From Meyerozyma guilliermondii (Eukaryota): a DNA stretch of 64,000 nucleotides. The translations under genes and the position numbers were made by a program. The notes beneath the pieces are model-generated. The model did no database searches. It saw nothing but the letters and a program-made list of their open reading frames with translations, and had not been told where the DNA came from. Of this stretch, positions 43,120 through 54,885 are shown one piece after another; position 1 is the first letter of the stretch; every line of letters begins with the position of its first letter. The stretch spans positions 496,001 through 560,000 of the forward strand of contig CP128817.1 of the NCBI GenBank assembly GCA_051546255.1, in the 5' to 3' direction.

Positions 43120-44133
43120 ATGCCAACCGCTACTAATGAACTATCCTTCCTTACTAAAAAGGTAACAGTGTCACCGTTAGTTCTCCTCTCCGTTGTTGAT
43201 CACTACAATCGAGTTGCTAAAGACTCGAAGAAACGTGTTGTGGGTGTGATCCTTGGGGAAAGTAATCTGGATGTGATCAAGGTCACTAACTCATACGCAA
43301 TTCCCTTCGAAGAGGACGAGAAGAATCCTAGTGTATGGTTTTTGGACCATAATTTTATCGAGTCCATGGGCGATATGTATCAAAAGATCAATGCGAAAGA
43401 GCGGCTAATTGGTTGGTACCATTCGGGCCCCAAATTGAAATCTTCAGATTTGAAAATCAACGACGTGTTCAAGAAATACACCGCAAACCCTCTCCTATTG
43501 ATCGTTGACGTACAACCAAGACTTGTAGGTATCCCTACAGATGCGTATTATGCTGTTGACGACATAAAGAACGATGGATCAGCTGCCGAAAGAACATTCG
43601 TTCATGTGCCTTCATTAATCGAGGCTGAAGAAGCTGAAGAAATAGGTGTTGAGCATTTGTTGAGAGATATTCGGGATCAGGCAGCTGGAAACCTATCAAT
43701 GAAAGTGACCGAAAGCTACCAGTCATTACTAGGCTTACACCAGAAACTTAGAAATATTGCAAACTATCTTGACAAGGTATATCAGAAAAAGCTTCCTATC
43801 AATCACACAATTCTAGGCAAGCTTCAAAATGTGTTCAATCTTCTTCCTAACTTGATGGGTTCTGGGTTGGAGTCAAATGAATTGAAGGAGCAGTCCAAGG
43901 CGCCGGTGTCCAGCTCCTTATCTACTGCATTCACTGTAAAAACCAATGACGAATTGATGATGGTCTACATCAGTACTCTTGTTCGTGCAATAATCGCATT
44001 CCACGATCTCATCGAGAATAAGTTGGAAAACAAGAAGTTGAATGAAAAGGGTAGTTTGAAAGAGCTTCAGTCATCTGACACCAATCCTCCATCTGGATTA
44101 GAAGAGGTAGGGGAGGGTCTTCCACAGGAATAG
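43120..44133 (+). CDS. RPN8: 26S proteasome lid subunit Rpn8
   Basis: [38 protein letters not shown]. Confidence 0.97.
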   Translation: MPTATNELSFLTKKVTVSPLVLLSVVDHYNRVAKDSKKRVVGVILGESNLDVIKVTNSYAIPFEEDEKNPSVWFLDHNFIESMGDMYQKINAKERLIGWYHSGPKLKSSDLKINDVFKKYTANPLLLIVDVQPRLVGIPTDAYYAVDDIKNDGSAAERTFVHVPSLIEAEEAEEIGVEHLLRDIRDQAAGNLSMKVTESYQSLLGLHQKLRNIANYLDKVYQKKLPINHTILGKLQNVFNLLPNLMGSGLESNELKEQSKAPVSSSLSTAFTVKTNDELMMVYISTLVRAIIAFHDLIENKLENKKLNEKGSLKELQSSDTNPPSGLEEVGEGLPQE

Positions 44134-44251
44134 TTATAGTTTAAGTATTTCACACACGAGGTTCTGCATATTGATGCTAAAAATCAAGGTTTAGCCCTCG
44201 AAAATCAACCAGAAGGGAAGTGGGCATTCGATTGTGGAACGCACTGTAGAA

Positions 44252-45598
44252 ATGAGCTACAAACTCCTCATTCAGAGGCGGCACAATCATGTGTCTAACT
44301 TGAATTATTTCTTCCACAACTCCAAGAGATATTGGGTGAAGGAAGGTCAATCTTTCCTCGACAACAGAAATTTATCAGCCAATAAAAGACCTTTGAAAAC
44401 GTCACCGGATTCCAGAATAAGAAAACGAAATCAAGATGTAGACAACGAGATACTGTCACAAACGTACTTTATGCGTGATGTTGCGTCGAAGGTCCTCAAC
44501 TGTCAGGAAGTGGAAGCTAAACTGTCGCAGGGCCTAACTCCTGCTGAGTTGAAACACGTACCATTTCCTGTAATACCAAAACAAGCGTCACCAGTAACCA
44601 ACTCGGGTTCGAAAGCAAGCAGTATTTTCTACTTCACGCCTTACTGGAAATTGACCAAGCCAAACCTCACAATCTTGGTAACCTTATCCTCAATATGCTC
44701 TTATGCCGTTTCGCCTTTAAGTGTATCCGTGCCTGAGCTTTGTCTTCTAACACTTGGTACAGCACTATGTTCTGGGGCTGCAAATGCAATAAACATGGCT
44801 CGTGAACCTGATTTTGATAGGCAAATGCCTCGCACCGTCGGCCGACCCATTGTTCGTGGCCTTTTGACCTCAAGGCAAGCCTATATCTTTTCCGGGATCA
44901 TAGGCACAGCAGGTACAGTTATATTGTACTACGGTGTTAATGAGACTGTTGCAGCTCTCGGTGCTATAAACATAGTCCTCTATTCATGGATATACACTTC
45001 CTTAAAAAGGAAGACTATTCTTAACACCTGGGTTGGTGCCTTAGTCGGGGCCATCCCTCCCTTAATGGGATGGGCATCATCGTCTTCACTCACAGACCCG
45101 GGCGCATGGTGTCTTGCTGCTCTCCTCTTCGCCTGGCAATTTCCTCACTTCAATGCTTTGTCCCATAATATAGCTCAGCAATACAAAAATGCGGGTTATG
45201 TCATGACAGCAGCTGAATATCCCAAGTTGAATGCCAGAGTTGCGTTGCGCTATTCAATCTTAATGTTCCCCATTTGCTTTGGACTATGTTATTTCAATGT
45301 CACCGATTGGGGATTCATGTTAGATTCCTCCATAGCGAACTTTTGGATGACATTGATGGCATTTAGGTTTTGGAAACAGCAACATATCAATCACAAGCCG
45401 AACTACAGGCCTTCCGAAGTGCAAATTACGGCTGCCAATATTCAGGCAAAGAAACTATTTTGGGTTTCCGTGTGGCAATTGCCTGCAGTTCTTATTCTTG
45501 CAATGCTACACAAGAGGGGACAGTGGGAAAAGATATTTGGATACTTTCTGCATCATGATAAAGAGTCAGCAAAGAAGGTCCTGATAGAAACTATATAA
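44252..45598 (+). CDS. COX10: Protoheme IX farnesyltransferase (heme O synthase)
   Basis: LTKPNLT, ANAINM.REP.FD..M.RT..RP, NTWVGALVGAIPPLMGW, WQFPHFNAL. Confidence 0.96.
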   Translation: MSYKLLIQRRHNHVSNLNYFFHNSKRYWVKEGQSFLDNRNLSANKRPLKTSPDSRIRKRNQDVDNEILSQTYFMRDVASKVLNCQEVEAKLSQGLTPAELKHVPFPVIPKQASPVTNSGSKASSIFYFTPYWKLTKPNLTILVTLSSICSYAVSPLSVSVPELCLLTLGTALCSGAANAINMAREPDFDRQMPRTVGRPIVRGLLTSRQAYIFSGIIGTAGTVILYYGVNETVAALGAINIVLYSWIYTSLKRKTILNTWVGALVGAIPPLMGWASSSSLTDPGAWCLAALLFAWQFPHFNALSHNIAQQYKNAGYVMTAAEYPKLNARVALRYSILMFPICFGLCYFNVTDWGFMLDSSIANFWMTLMAFRFWKQQHINHKPNYRPSEVQITAANIQAKKLFWVSVWQLPAVLILAMLHKRGQWEKIFGYFLHHDKESAKKVLIETI

Positions 45599-48233
45599 TG
45601 TGTATAGCTCGAGACAGAAAATCCATGTATATAACGGCGAAAGAACATCACCACCATTTCGGATACATTGACGGCTCTGAAGGCTATACTTTGGGGTGCC
45701 CTTCCTCCCCTCTTGCTCAATACGAAATTCTTCTGTAACTCCAAAAGAAGTATTCGAGGATATTAGACAAAATGTTTGAAAGACGGATCAGGGTCCTCTA
45801 AGAACCTGACATTGACGTTTTATGGGCTCTGAGGATACGACTCCAAGTAGTTTGTAGGAAACAAAGAACCATGCCTTATCATCCATCTTAGGATTATATT
45901 GATTAAAATTGAAACCAAATAAGTAGAGCAAGCCGGCAATTGTTCTAAATAATGTATTTCCCCAAACACAAAAAGAAAAGAGCATAATACCCGTGTCATT
46001 GGCTTGCATTGTCAAATCTCAATGGCAACTGCTCAGGGAATCAACTCCAAGGTGGTGAAAACCAAAAATAAGATGTACCTAAATTAGCAATGGGGTGATA
46101 TTTAAATGTAAAAACACCATTGCAAACGTCAGTTTAACCGAAAGAAGTACAAAAGCAAAGAAGTTCACTTACTCTTACAAGCAGCCCGCAAACGGTCAAT
46201 TTTGAACATTCCAGGCTCTTCTGGAGTAAATATAAATATGAATGAAGAGAAGTATGTATAGCATCATGCAGCACGAAAGCTGATAAGATAAATGTCGGCC
46301 ATCTAGTTAATGGAAATATCAAAATAGCCTATACTTATGTATTATACTAGTGTATTCTCAGAGTTCGGATATGGTATTATTACGGATAATAAAACCAGAT
46401 ACATAGTGCCGAATATAGATTTCCCCAGTCAGGACATATATTCGTTAACTGATCTGCTTAATTCTGCTCAGCACATAAAGATTAGAAGTATCTTCTTACG
46501 TTAGTTTCTAGTTTGAAATAAAGAAGAACCAAATCAGCTAAAGGTTAGTCATTTGAAATGAAGCACCGTTTTCGTTGGATTGTTAATATGGTGTTTGTAC
46601 CCTAATAACTAATTTGCAGGATCCATGTGTAAAGCTTATTCTGATCTACATCTGAGGATTCCAACTAATGGACCCATTGCAACAATACGACTAGCAGCAT
46701 AAATACGTTTTAATTATTCCGCTTGATCATGGTTGTAGGATACATTGTACTCTTTTCCACCCGTTTCACTCTACCTAGATGTATGACTTAAGATCAGTTG
46801 ATAGGAGTTGCCTGAAAAGAAAGCATTACGTAGTATGGAATTGCGATATAGGAACTACATGGGGAAGATCTGCGGTGAAAACCGAAGGTTGATTTTACTG
46901 TAATGCCTGGATGTAGTTGTACTGGCAAGCTTGTTGTGATGCTTACCGCGTTTATATATAGGTTGCAGGACATTAGGGTCATATTTATTCTTCTATTTCC
47001 AGGTAAAAGCTAGAAACTGCAATGTACTCTTGGAGTATGATTATATCAGTTACCAACAACGCGGGAGCCGCTGTTTAGTCGTAGCAGCAAACAGCATGAA
47101 CGTTAGGATTTTCAATTCTGTACTGATGTATGAAGTATGCGGTGTCGTACTAATGTGATGCTCTTGCGAGGAATGTTTTGAATAAGAATTTGAAGAATTT
47201 TAAGCATAGTTGATCGGCGAATGAGTACACTTCCAAAAGTATTCAACATTAGCCTGGTTTCACTTAGTTTCAGCAATTTAAATGGTGATAGTGGTTGTGA
47301 TATACTTTTGCGACATTTTAATCTGTGACCACTGTTCTACCGAATATGTTTCATTTAGGAAAGGATAGAAAGTTATTGAAAGTAGCGGAAGTTTATGCTT
47401 GTTTACTGGTTGTCTTCAAAGTGTGTTGAACTGGAGACTGTAGCATGTCGAGAGTTGTGGTCATCGTTAGTATTGTGTCTGTCATCCTATATGGGTTCAA
47501 GCACCCATGATTCATGAGTAACTTTTCCGGTACTTGTAGCCTGTAGTTTATTGGTCCGTAATTGTCGAGCTTCATGTGTGTACTAGTTTACGCTTATATT
47601 TATTTGCAAATTGCGAAAGTATGCTTATCATTTTTCAATATTATTGACGTGCTGCAAAAATATATTCTTATCTTGGGCTGCATGGTATTTGTGAGAATTT
47701 GAACTTGCATTGGCGAAAAAGTTCTAACTGTGCATACTGATTGGCTCAGTGATGTTCGAGATTGCAACTATCGTAACTATTATAACTTCTACCTGGACTG
47801 GATCTGAATTATCCACTACTATAATTCCAGCAGGTCCATGTGGCTCGGTAACTATGATTGTTGGAGATATAGTTGCAACATTAATGACCAGTCTTGCATT
47901 CACTTGGATTGGCTTTCTCGTTATATATGATCGTTTTTATTTGTCGTAGCATTTCGCATGTTAATGTGCCAGTTCACATTGGAAATGGTTATTAAATTTG
48001 TTGCTTACCTAGTTATGAGACATGCGATACACCTGTTTATCCGTAGTCATTTCTTCCTTATGATTAGGAAGACGAGTATGGGTTCAAGAGTTTTTCGAAA
48101 TTGGTCGCGGATTTTATTGAAAATACGCTCTATATATACAACAAGTCTGTCTTTAGAGAGAGCTGGTTATGAGAAAGCTTCTGAACTGTGGCCTGATAAA
48201 TCAAGTTAAGAATATTTTTGTGTTGTATTCAAT
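45599..48233. other. 2.6-kb AT-rich gap with no credible intact gene; candidate regional centromere
   Basis: Lies between convergent genes; sampled 60-mers as low as 25-28% GC; A/C-rich left half and G/T-rich right half. Confidence 0.5.
47743..47915 (+). pseudogene. Decayed Thr-rich adhesin (Als/Hyr-Iff-type) tandem-repeat fragment
   Basis: Reads TIVTIITSTWTGSELSTTIIPAGPCGSVTMIV...TWIG, about 1.5 repeat units; no signal peptide or GPI segment. Confidence 0.55.
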
Positions 48234-49643
48234 CTACGCTACGCTAGCGCACAATGCGGCACCAACACCGCTACCGTCTTTTGCAATTTGTAAGCGTACC
48301 TTCTTGTTCTCCCCTTTCAATGGATCAATGAGCTCAATGGCCTTAAGAACTTTCTCACGAAAGCCTGGGTAAAATTCGACTACTGAACCGTCACAACCAA
48401 ATTCGAAATCTTTCGGGTCGTCCTTATATTGATCTTTCACCCGAATAAGAATTGCAGCTAGAGGAATAGCTGAGAGGTATGCAGCTCTATTCGAAATAGC
48501 CTGAGTGAGCTGCTGAATGAAGATTCTTTCCACCTTCGTTGTTGGCAATCTCAATACGTTCTCCAATATCAATTCTGACATTTTCAAATCAGTTGAATCG
48601 TCAATCTGCATGTATGACAACACTTCTGATGAGAGTTGCCAAGGCTCAGCCAATCTATGTGGTAAAGATCCCCCTCTGGACTTATACAAATCAGTGAATA
48701 TGTGGCCCTCTTTGAATAACTCAACTAAAGTAACGCGTAACAATTCTCCCAAGAACATTCCACTAATTCTTTTCTCAAATAAGTGATAGCCTGGGTTTGC
48801 TGTTTGTTTGTCCACAATCTCATCATATTTCGTTGATGGTAAAATATCTAAGGTATTGTCAAACGAGCCCCACTCAGTATTGATAACCATACCTGACACA
48901 TTTTCGCCAACAGTATCAGAATCTAATTTCTTGATATTGTCAAGGGTTTCAAAATACGCACCGTTGGTACCAGTTCCAAAGATGGCACCTACGACTGTAT
49001 TGGCATTTGTTTCACTTGGATTGTTCGAGTAGGCTCTCGAAAGTAACGTTCCGACAGTGTCGTTTGCCAAAGCGACAACGTCCACTTTAAGCTTTAACGC
49101 GTCAAGACAGGTTTGTAATAACTCAACAACGTCTTTGTTGACGCACTCAGGTAAATCGAACCCTTTTGTCCACCTGATCAAGGTCCCTTTATTCAACGCA
49201 GTTTGATTCACTGGAAATGAAAAAGTGAATCCGAGTTTTAATGATCCTGAAATTTCATTGTGATGCTCATCTAAGAAGAAGCCCACCTTCAGAGCTAAAT
49301 ACTTGAACAAATTCTCAGCAGTGTTGTCGGACATGAGATCTTCGGGAATTTTGAATTTCGATTGCTTCAATTCAAAAGTGTGATCGCCATGGAGATCGAT
49401 GGAGCATACACGGAAATTGGTTCCTCCTAAGTCTGCTGCTAAGTAGAGACCCTTTTCTTTTCCATTGGGAAGACTGGTGACAAAGGTGGGGATCATGGGC
49501 ATGTTTTCTCTGGTCTGCTCTTTACTACTTAAGCCTGCGTCCATATCGGAGACAAACTTTTGAGTGGCCTTAATAAGAAACTCTTTGTCAATGGCAAAAT
49601 CATTGACTACGCTTTTGAGTACCTCTTCCAATTTACTGTCCAT
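48234..49643 (-). CDS. GLK1: Glucokinase (hexokinase family)
   Basis: LAADLGGTNFRVCS, LGFTFSFPV, FGTGTNGAY, INTEWGSFDN, KDGSGVGAAL; Mig1-like AATTTTGTGGGG upstream (49753-49742). Confidence 0.88.
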   Translation of the reverse strand: MDSKLEEVLKSVVNDFAIDKEFLIKATQKFVSDMDAGLSSKEQTRENMPMIPTFVTSLPNGKEKGLYLAADLGGTNFRVCSIDLHGDHTFELKQSKFKIPEDLMSDNTAENLFKYLALKVGFFLDEHHNEISGSLKLGFTFSFPVNQTALNKGTLIRWTKGFDLPECVNKDVVELLQTCLDALKLKVDVVALANDTVGTLLSRAYSNNPSETNANTVVGAIFGTGTNGAYFETLDNIKKLDSDTVGENVSGMVINTEWGSFDNTLDILPSTKYDEIVDKQTANPGYHLFEKRISGMFLGELLRVTLVELFKEGHIFTDLYKSRGGSLPHRLAEPWQLSSEVLSYMQIDDSTDLKMSELILENVLRLPTTKVERIFIQQLTQAISNRAAYLSAIPLAAILIRVKDQYKDDPKDFEFGCDGSVVEFYPGFREKVLKAIELIDPLKGENKKVRLQIAKDGSGVGAALCASVA

Positions 49644-50098
49644 TGTGGGAAAATCAATCAATTAGAAGTATTGCGGGTGGAGTGAAATTAGTCGCGAGAT
49701 TATTTTCGGAGGTCGGTCACCCACAATTTCACGATGCGACACCCCACAAAATTGTTCTCAAATCTGCGTAGCCCCTCCTCTAATGAATGTCAGGATCGTT
49801 CATGCCAGTCTAATCAATAAACACGAATGTGCACCTTGAAAGAAGAGAATTGCGGATTGTATGAGAAACTTTTGGTGGTTCTCGAATCTCAAAGTAGCGT
49901 AATTGCGTCCACTTGAGAACAGAAGGTGCCGATGAGAATTAGTAGGTTACAAGATGTCACAAATGACTGTATCGTATCAAGGGGCAGTGAATGGTCCCTC
50001 AATTTTCAACATCATGCCAGATGACTGACAAATTTCACGCCATTACACCTCAGTTTTTCTCAGAATCAGAAAACTTTCGATGCCACAACAACTACTCC

Positions 50099-50431
50099 AT
50101 GACTCAATTTGAAGAGAAAGCCCGCGATCTTATTAAAAAACATGAATATTTGATGCTATCGAAGTCATGGTGCCCGGACTGTCATTATGCTTATAAAGTT
50201 TGGGATCTGTATGGTGTAAGAGACAAAATCCACATTATTGAGTTTGACAAGATCCCTGATCAGACCGAAGCTAAATCTTTAGAGGATGCTTTTGTTGCTT
50301 TGGCTGGCATAAAGTGGGTCCCTACATTGTTTTTTCACGGATCCTATTTTGGAACAGAGAAGGACTTAAAAAGATGGGAGGCCGAAGGCAAGTTGCAAGA
50401 GATTTTCAAGAAGGAGGGCTTGATAGAATGA
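50099..50431 (+). CDS. GRX8: Glutaredoxin, Grx8 type
   Basis: SWCPDC active site and WVPT motif. Confidence 0.8.
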   Translation: MTQFEEKARDLIKKHEYLMLSKSWCPDCHYAYKVWDLYGVRDKIHIIEFDKIPDQTEAKSLEDAFVALAGIKWVPTLFFHGSYFGTEKDLKRWEAEGKLQEIFKKEGLIE

Positions 50432-50486
50432 TGATTAGTTTTTTATATACCATAATAACAAGCAATTCAACTATTGATTTGGTGAA

Positions 50487-51896
50487 CTAAACAGCAAGTG
50501 GGAAATCGCCAACCCAAGCATAGATTTCTTGCTTAACAGAGTCCAATTTTGGATCGCCTTCCGATGCTTTTGCTTTGAAGTCCTTCAATTTGTTGGCTTC
50601 TTTTGGTAAGCTTGATTGCAACTCCTTAGCATAGGAAACTGCGAAATCAATATAGGACACAATCTTTTTGAACTCCTCCTCACCCATGCCTCTACTGGTC
50701 ATAGCACCAGCACCAATTCTCACTCCACCAGGAACCAACGCGGACTTATCGCCAGGAATAGAGTTCTTGTTCAAGGCAATGTTGATGTTCTCACAAATGG
50801 TCTCAACTCTGGCACCATCGATTTGCTTGTCTTTCAAAGACACCAAGACCATATGAGAATCAGTTCCATCAGAAACCAAATTGTATCCTTTAGCTTTGAA
50901 TTCCTGCTCCAAGACCTTCGCATTCTTCAAAACCAATTCTTGATACTGCTTGAACTCTGGGGTAGCTGCCTGCTTCAACGCGGTTGCCAAAGCGGCAATG
51001 GTGTGGTTGTGTGGTCCACCTTGATGACCAGGGAAGACTGAGAAGTTGATAGGGTTTTCCAAGTCGTACATAATTTCTTGACCGGTCTTTGGATTAACAG
51101 ATCTAACTCCTCTTCTGAAAAAGATCATTGCACCTCTGGGACCTCTCAAAGACTTGTGAGTAGTGGTTGTAACCACATCTGCGTATTCGAAAGGTGATGG
51201 AATCACACCAGCTGCAATAAGACCAGAGATATGTGCCATATCAACAACCAAGTAAGCTCCGACTTTGTCGGCAATCTCCCTCATCTTCTTGTAGTCGATC
51301 AAACGACAGTAGGCAGAAGTACCAGCTACCAAAATCTTGGGTCTGTACAAAATTGCTGTCTTTTCCAACATATCGTAGTCAATCAAGCCAGTACTCAAGT
51401 CAACTCTGTAAGGCATGGTCTCGAAGTATGTAGAAACGGCAGAGATCTTTCTGGAATCAGTTTGATATCCATGAGACAAGTGTCCACCATGGGGCAAGTC
51501 CAAGCCCATCAATCTTTCGTGAGGCTTCATCAAAGCCTGGTAAACTTGTAAATTGGCTGGGGAGCCGGACAAAGTTTGGACATTAACACCCCATTTATCA
51601 GGAGTTACATTGAAAGCCTTCAAGGCTCTCTCTTGACACAAAATTTCCATTTTGTCAATCTGCTCATTACCACCATAGTATCTAGCACCAGGGTAACCCT
51701 CGGAGTACTTGTTAGACATAGGCGTTCCCAAAGCATCGAAGACAGCCCTCGAAGTGAAATTCTCAGAGGCAATTAAAACGATAGAGTGCTTTTGTCTATC
51801 GATTTCAGCTTTGATGATTTGATCGACTTCAGGATCAATGTCCTTTAAGTGTCCCTCTACCAATTCTTGGTGTGATTTAGACAAGGCGTAAGGCAT
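50487..51896 (-). CDS. SHM2: Cytosolic serine hydroxymethyltransferase
   Basis: MPYALS start, [40 protein letters not shown] (Gcn4/Bas1 type) at 52013-52008. Confidence 0.97.
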   Translation of the reverse strand: MPYALSKSHQELVEGHLKDIDPEVDQIIKAEIDRQKHSIVLIASENFTSRAVFDALGTPMSNKYSEGYPGARYYGGNEQIDKMEILCQERALKAFNVTPDKWGVNVQTLSGSPANLQVYQALMKPHERLMGLDLPHGGHLSHGYQTDSRKISAVSTYFETMPYRVDLSTGLIDYDMLEKTAILYRPKILVAGTSAYCRLIDYKKMREIADKVGAYLVVDMAHISGLIAAGVIPSPFEYADVVTTTTHKSLRGPRGAMIFFRRGVRSVNPKTGQEIMYDLENPINFSVFPGHQGGPHNHTIAALATALKQAATPEFKQYQELVLKNAKVLEQEFKAKGYNLVSDGTDSHMVLVSLKDKQIDGARVETICENINIALNKNSIPGDKSALVPGGVRIGAGAMTSRGMGEEEFKKIVSYIDFAVSYAKELQSSLPKEANKLKDFKAKASEGDPKLDSVKQEIYAWVGDFPLAV

Positions 51897-52160
51897 TTTC
51901 GGTACAAGAAGGAGAATTAATTGGATTTGTATGCACGAGGTGGCTAGCTTAAATAATCTCCTCAATGGAAATTTTTATAATTGACCCGAGTCTTTGCACC
52001 ATAACACGAGTCAAAACGGTTAATGCACGATATGATATTATAATCTTAAACTACCTATACAATTCGATAGAGTATACACATTACTTGTGTTATTGTAGTG
52101 TAGCGCCAAAGATCATTAGTCTAGTGGTAATTGATTCAACCACAACGGTCAGTGATGCAA

Positions 52161-52772
52161 TCAATACAATGTAACTCTTAATCTATGGGAAATTGCAAGC
52201 TTTGGCACCACCACACATAAGCAACTAACACCATTGAGTATGAATAGGTTTAAGTTGTAGTTGGAATAGTGTGTGCTCACTAAGAACAAGCCAATTGGGA
52301 CCGTCATCAAAAATTTCTTCGTAGGTGTATATTGGTCACCATTGTCAATCTGTTCCCACAACGTGAGATTGTCATATGCACCGGAGTTGAACTCGAAGGG
52401 GGTTCCCTTGACCTGATGGAACATTATATAGGAACCGATGTTGTAGGTCAAATTTGTGAGAGTCCACTTCCAATCGTTATCCAAAACGGTGATGAAATTG
52501 AACAAAATTTTCAAGAATAAAATCAAGACGATATGAATTACCCAAGCGCCTTTGAAATTCACCCAGCTGGCATTCACATTAGGGTTCAATGCCTGATCGA
52601 TCTTTGTGTCCAAGGTATCTGGCTCAAGATGCTGGATTATTGATGACGATCTTCTACTTCTCGTAACTGTATGTGCTCCATGATGCGACGTCGACGGAGT
52701 CAATACACCGGCACTAGAGTTTGCTTCGCTCTCTCGTTGGTTTGGATCAGCAAAGGGACTCAATGTTGTCAT
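52161..52772 (-). CDS. ORM1: ORMDL-family sphingolipid homeostasis protein
   Basis: RSRRSSSII, NPNVNASWV, FHQVKGTPFE, LTLWEQID.G.QYTPTKKFL. Confidence 0.93.
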   Translation of the reverse strand: MTTLSPFADPNQRESEANSSAGVLTPSTSHHGAHTVTRSRRSSSIIQHLEPDTLDTKIDQALNPNVNASWVNFKGAWVIHIVLILFLKILFNFITVLDNDWKWTLTNLTYNIGSYIMFHQVKGTPFEFNSGAYDNLTLWEQIDNGDQYTPTKKFLMTVPIGLFLVSTHYSNYNLNLFILNGVSCLCVVVPKLAISHRLRVTLY

Positions 52773-52991
52773 GATACGAGCTGAAATTTATTTAAGACTT
52801 ATTGGACTCGAGGTATGGTATTGGCAAATACTGCAAAACAATAACGGGCCACGTATCTAGAAATATAGCTGAATGACTCTTCAAATATCTCACAAAAAGG
52901 ATATGTTTGTATGTGTATTGCCACTCGTTCTATCTAAACGAGTAGATGATCACAGATTTGAGTGACTCGGGGTTACCCGGCTCGAGCCGCC

Positions 52992-54710
52992 TTATGCACC
53001 AGTGCATACAAAAATACCTCCGGAATGCCAACCTGCGGCGGCTATTGCTAGCCACTCCCCCTTTTCTTCTGGCTTCTTCACAACAACAGGTTTGTTTGCA
53101 ACTATATCAGAGCCACTGTCGCCCGACGCTTCCGGATGTTCAGACAAAAATGTCTCCTTGGAGCCGAGCCCTAGACATCCACACAGTGAAGATTCTCTAC
53201 CCCAGGTTAGCAATTCTCCCCTATCTGTAAGTGCTAGATAATGATAGTCGCCCATAGCCATGTCGATCACTCCTCTACCCTGAAGTTCAGGAATTACTAC
53301 GGGCTCGCCGTCCTCGTTGTCCGCTGCAGTAATTGTCTTGTTGCCGATGACTACCAGGCCATCGCTAGCAAAGATTGCAAACAGATTGTAGCATCCACTA
53401 AGTTTCGTAAAAGTTGGCGCCTGTCCAGCTTCACTCTTCTTCTCTGCCCACGTATTAAATGAATTGACAAAGAAGGGTTTCGCAGCCAAAGAAGGATCAA
53501 TACTACCATTGGCATAACTTTGAGCATGTATATCAAACCGGAGTAGTTTTCCATCATTGTCAATGATAAGCACGTAGTCTAACCCAGCCAAAAAGTCACG
53601 GGGAGTGTACTCGTTCGTTCCTGGAATGACAACATAGCGGGCTGGTGCTAATAATTTTTTGGCTTCAAATGAATCCTCGCTCACTGCTTCTCGGGCATAC
53701 CACACGACAATCCCAACTCCCTTGATATGACAAGCAGAAAGGTTCCAGCCACAAGAAATCTTGGTGATTTGCTTTCTAGGATCTATACCCGGAAAAGTAA
53801 TTCGAACTCCGATATTTGTTGTGTTCCCTGTGTCCCACGAATATATTCCGTTTTGGTTATCAAGGGCTATGAAATGCTCTCTTCCGCTAGACACGGATAT
53901 GATACTTCTTGCCTCTATCGATTGACCATCCAACACATCAGGAAGATCCAATTTGGTAACAAACTTTGCATCAATTGGTACTCTTTTACTCAATGCTGGC
54001 TGAGCCTCTGGTGGCCTCGTAAGATTATCAGAATCAGCCGTGCGTTCCATGCTAGCCCTATTATTCATCTCACGGCCGTATCTTCTAGCCATATCTGGGG
54101 GAGGTGCTACTCCTGGGCCCACCATCCGTCGAGCTCTAGCTTGCAGAAGAGAGGGAAGCGGTGTTGGAAAGTACAGGCTTCCGCTTCCCATAGAGGGGTT
54201 GTAATCCCGACCATTAACTGGCCCTGGAGTCAGTTGACCCAATGACTGAAGACGTTTCCATCTGCCGCCAGTATAGTATAGATCGCCATCATTGGTTAAG
54301 ATCTGGAAACTGAACCCTCCTGCGCTAATATCAGACACCACCAATTGGTTGAACGGAACCACATTTGTAGGCAAACATACACCCTTACGAAAGCCATTGG
54401 TGATAACATGATCAGGTGGTATTTCGTTAACAAGATATCCCAAACGACCTTGCTCAGGGCTACCCCAGGTGTAAAGTTTAGCACGACTCGTACGTAGGTG
54501 AAAAAGATGTTTCCAATCGTAGTTCTCGATACTTAAAGGAGTTGGCTTGGACCCAAATATCTTTGAATACAACATATGATACGCATCGTTAGTTTCGAAG
54601 TTAGACCTCATATCTTTACAAGTCATAGAGAGATGTAAGATATCTATGGGTCTCAAATACCTGGCAACATTCGACACAAGTATGTCTTCTCCTAAATCAA
54701 TCAAACTCAT
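52992..54710 (-). CDS. SAF1: F-box protein with RCC1-like repeats
   Basis: N-terminal F-box (LIDLGEDIL), YTWGS..GRLG, SAGGFSF, GDYHYLAL, AAAGWHSG. Confidence 0.85.
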   Translation of the reverse strand: MSLIDLGEDILVSNVARYLRPIDILHLSMTCKDMRSNFETNDAYHMLYSKIFGSKPTPLSIENYDWKHLFHLRTSRAKLYTWGSPEQGRLGYLVNEIPPDHVITNGFRKGVCLPTNVVPFNQLVVSDISAGGFSFQILTNDGDLYYTGGRWKRLQSLGQLTPGPVNGRDYNPSMGSGSLYFPTPLPSLLQARARRMVGPGVAPPPDMARRYGREMNNRASMERTADSDNLTRPPEAQPALSKRVPIDAKFVTKLDLPDVLDGQSIEARSIISVSSGREHFIALDNQNGIYSWDTGNTTNIGVRITFPGIDPRKQITKISCGWNLSACHIKGVGIVVWYAREAVSEDSFEAKKLLAPARYVVIPGTNEYTPRDFLAGLDYVLIIDNDGKLLRFDIHAQSYANGSIDPSLAAKPFFVNSFNTWAEKKSEAGQAPTFTKLSGCYNLFAIFASDGLVVIGNKTITAADNEDGEPVVIPELQGRGVIDMAMGDYHYLALTDRGELLTWGRESSLCGCLGLGSKETFLSEHPEASGDSGSDIVANKPVVVKKPEEKGEWLAIAAAGWHSGGIFVCTGA

Positions 54711-54885
54711 CCTTCCAAAAGTAGTTTATCGCAAGGCAAATATGTCTTAAGGCCTGCATAGGATTTACCTGTAATTCTACACCATGATCCAAAATACATA
54801 TATCAATATCAATCAGAAGACTTGGACTTTCACTGCAAGCAGAGAACATATTGAACCGTCTGTATATCACAATGCTCGGAGATAC

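Noticed and set aside
45788..47575. Short ORFs or LTR-retrotransposon remnants in the gap
   Set aside because: No gag/pol motifs, LTR pair or primer-binding site recognisable by eye
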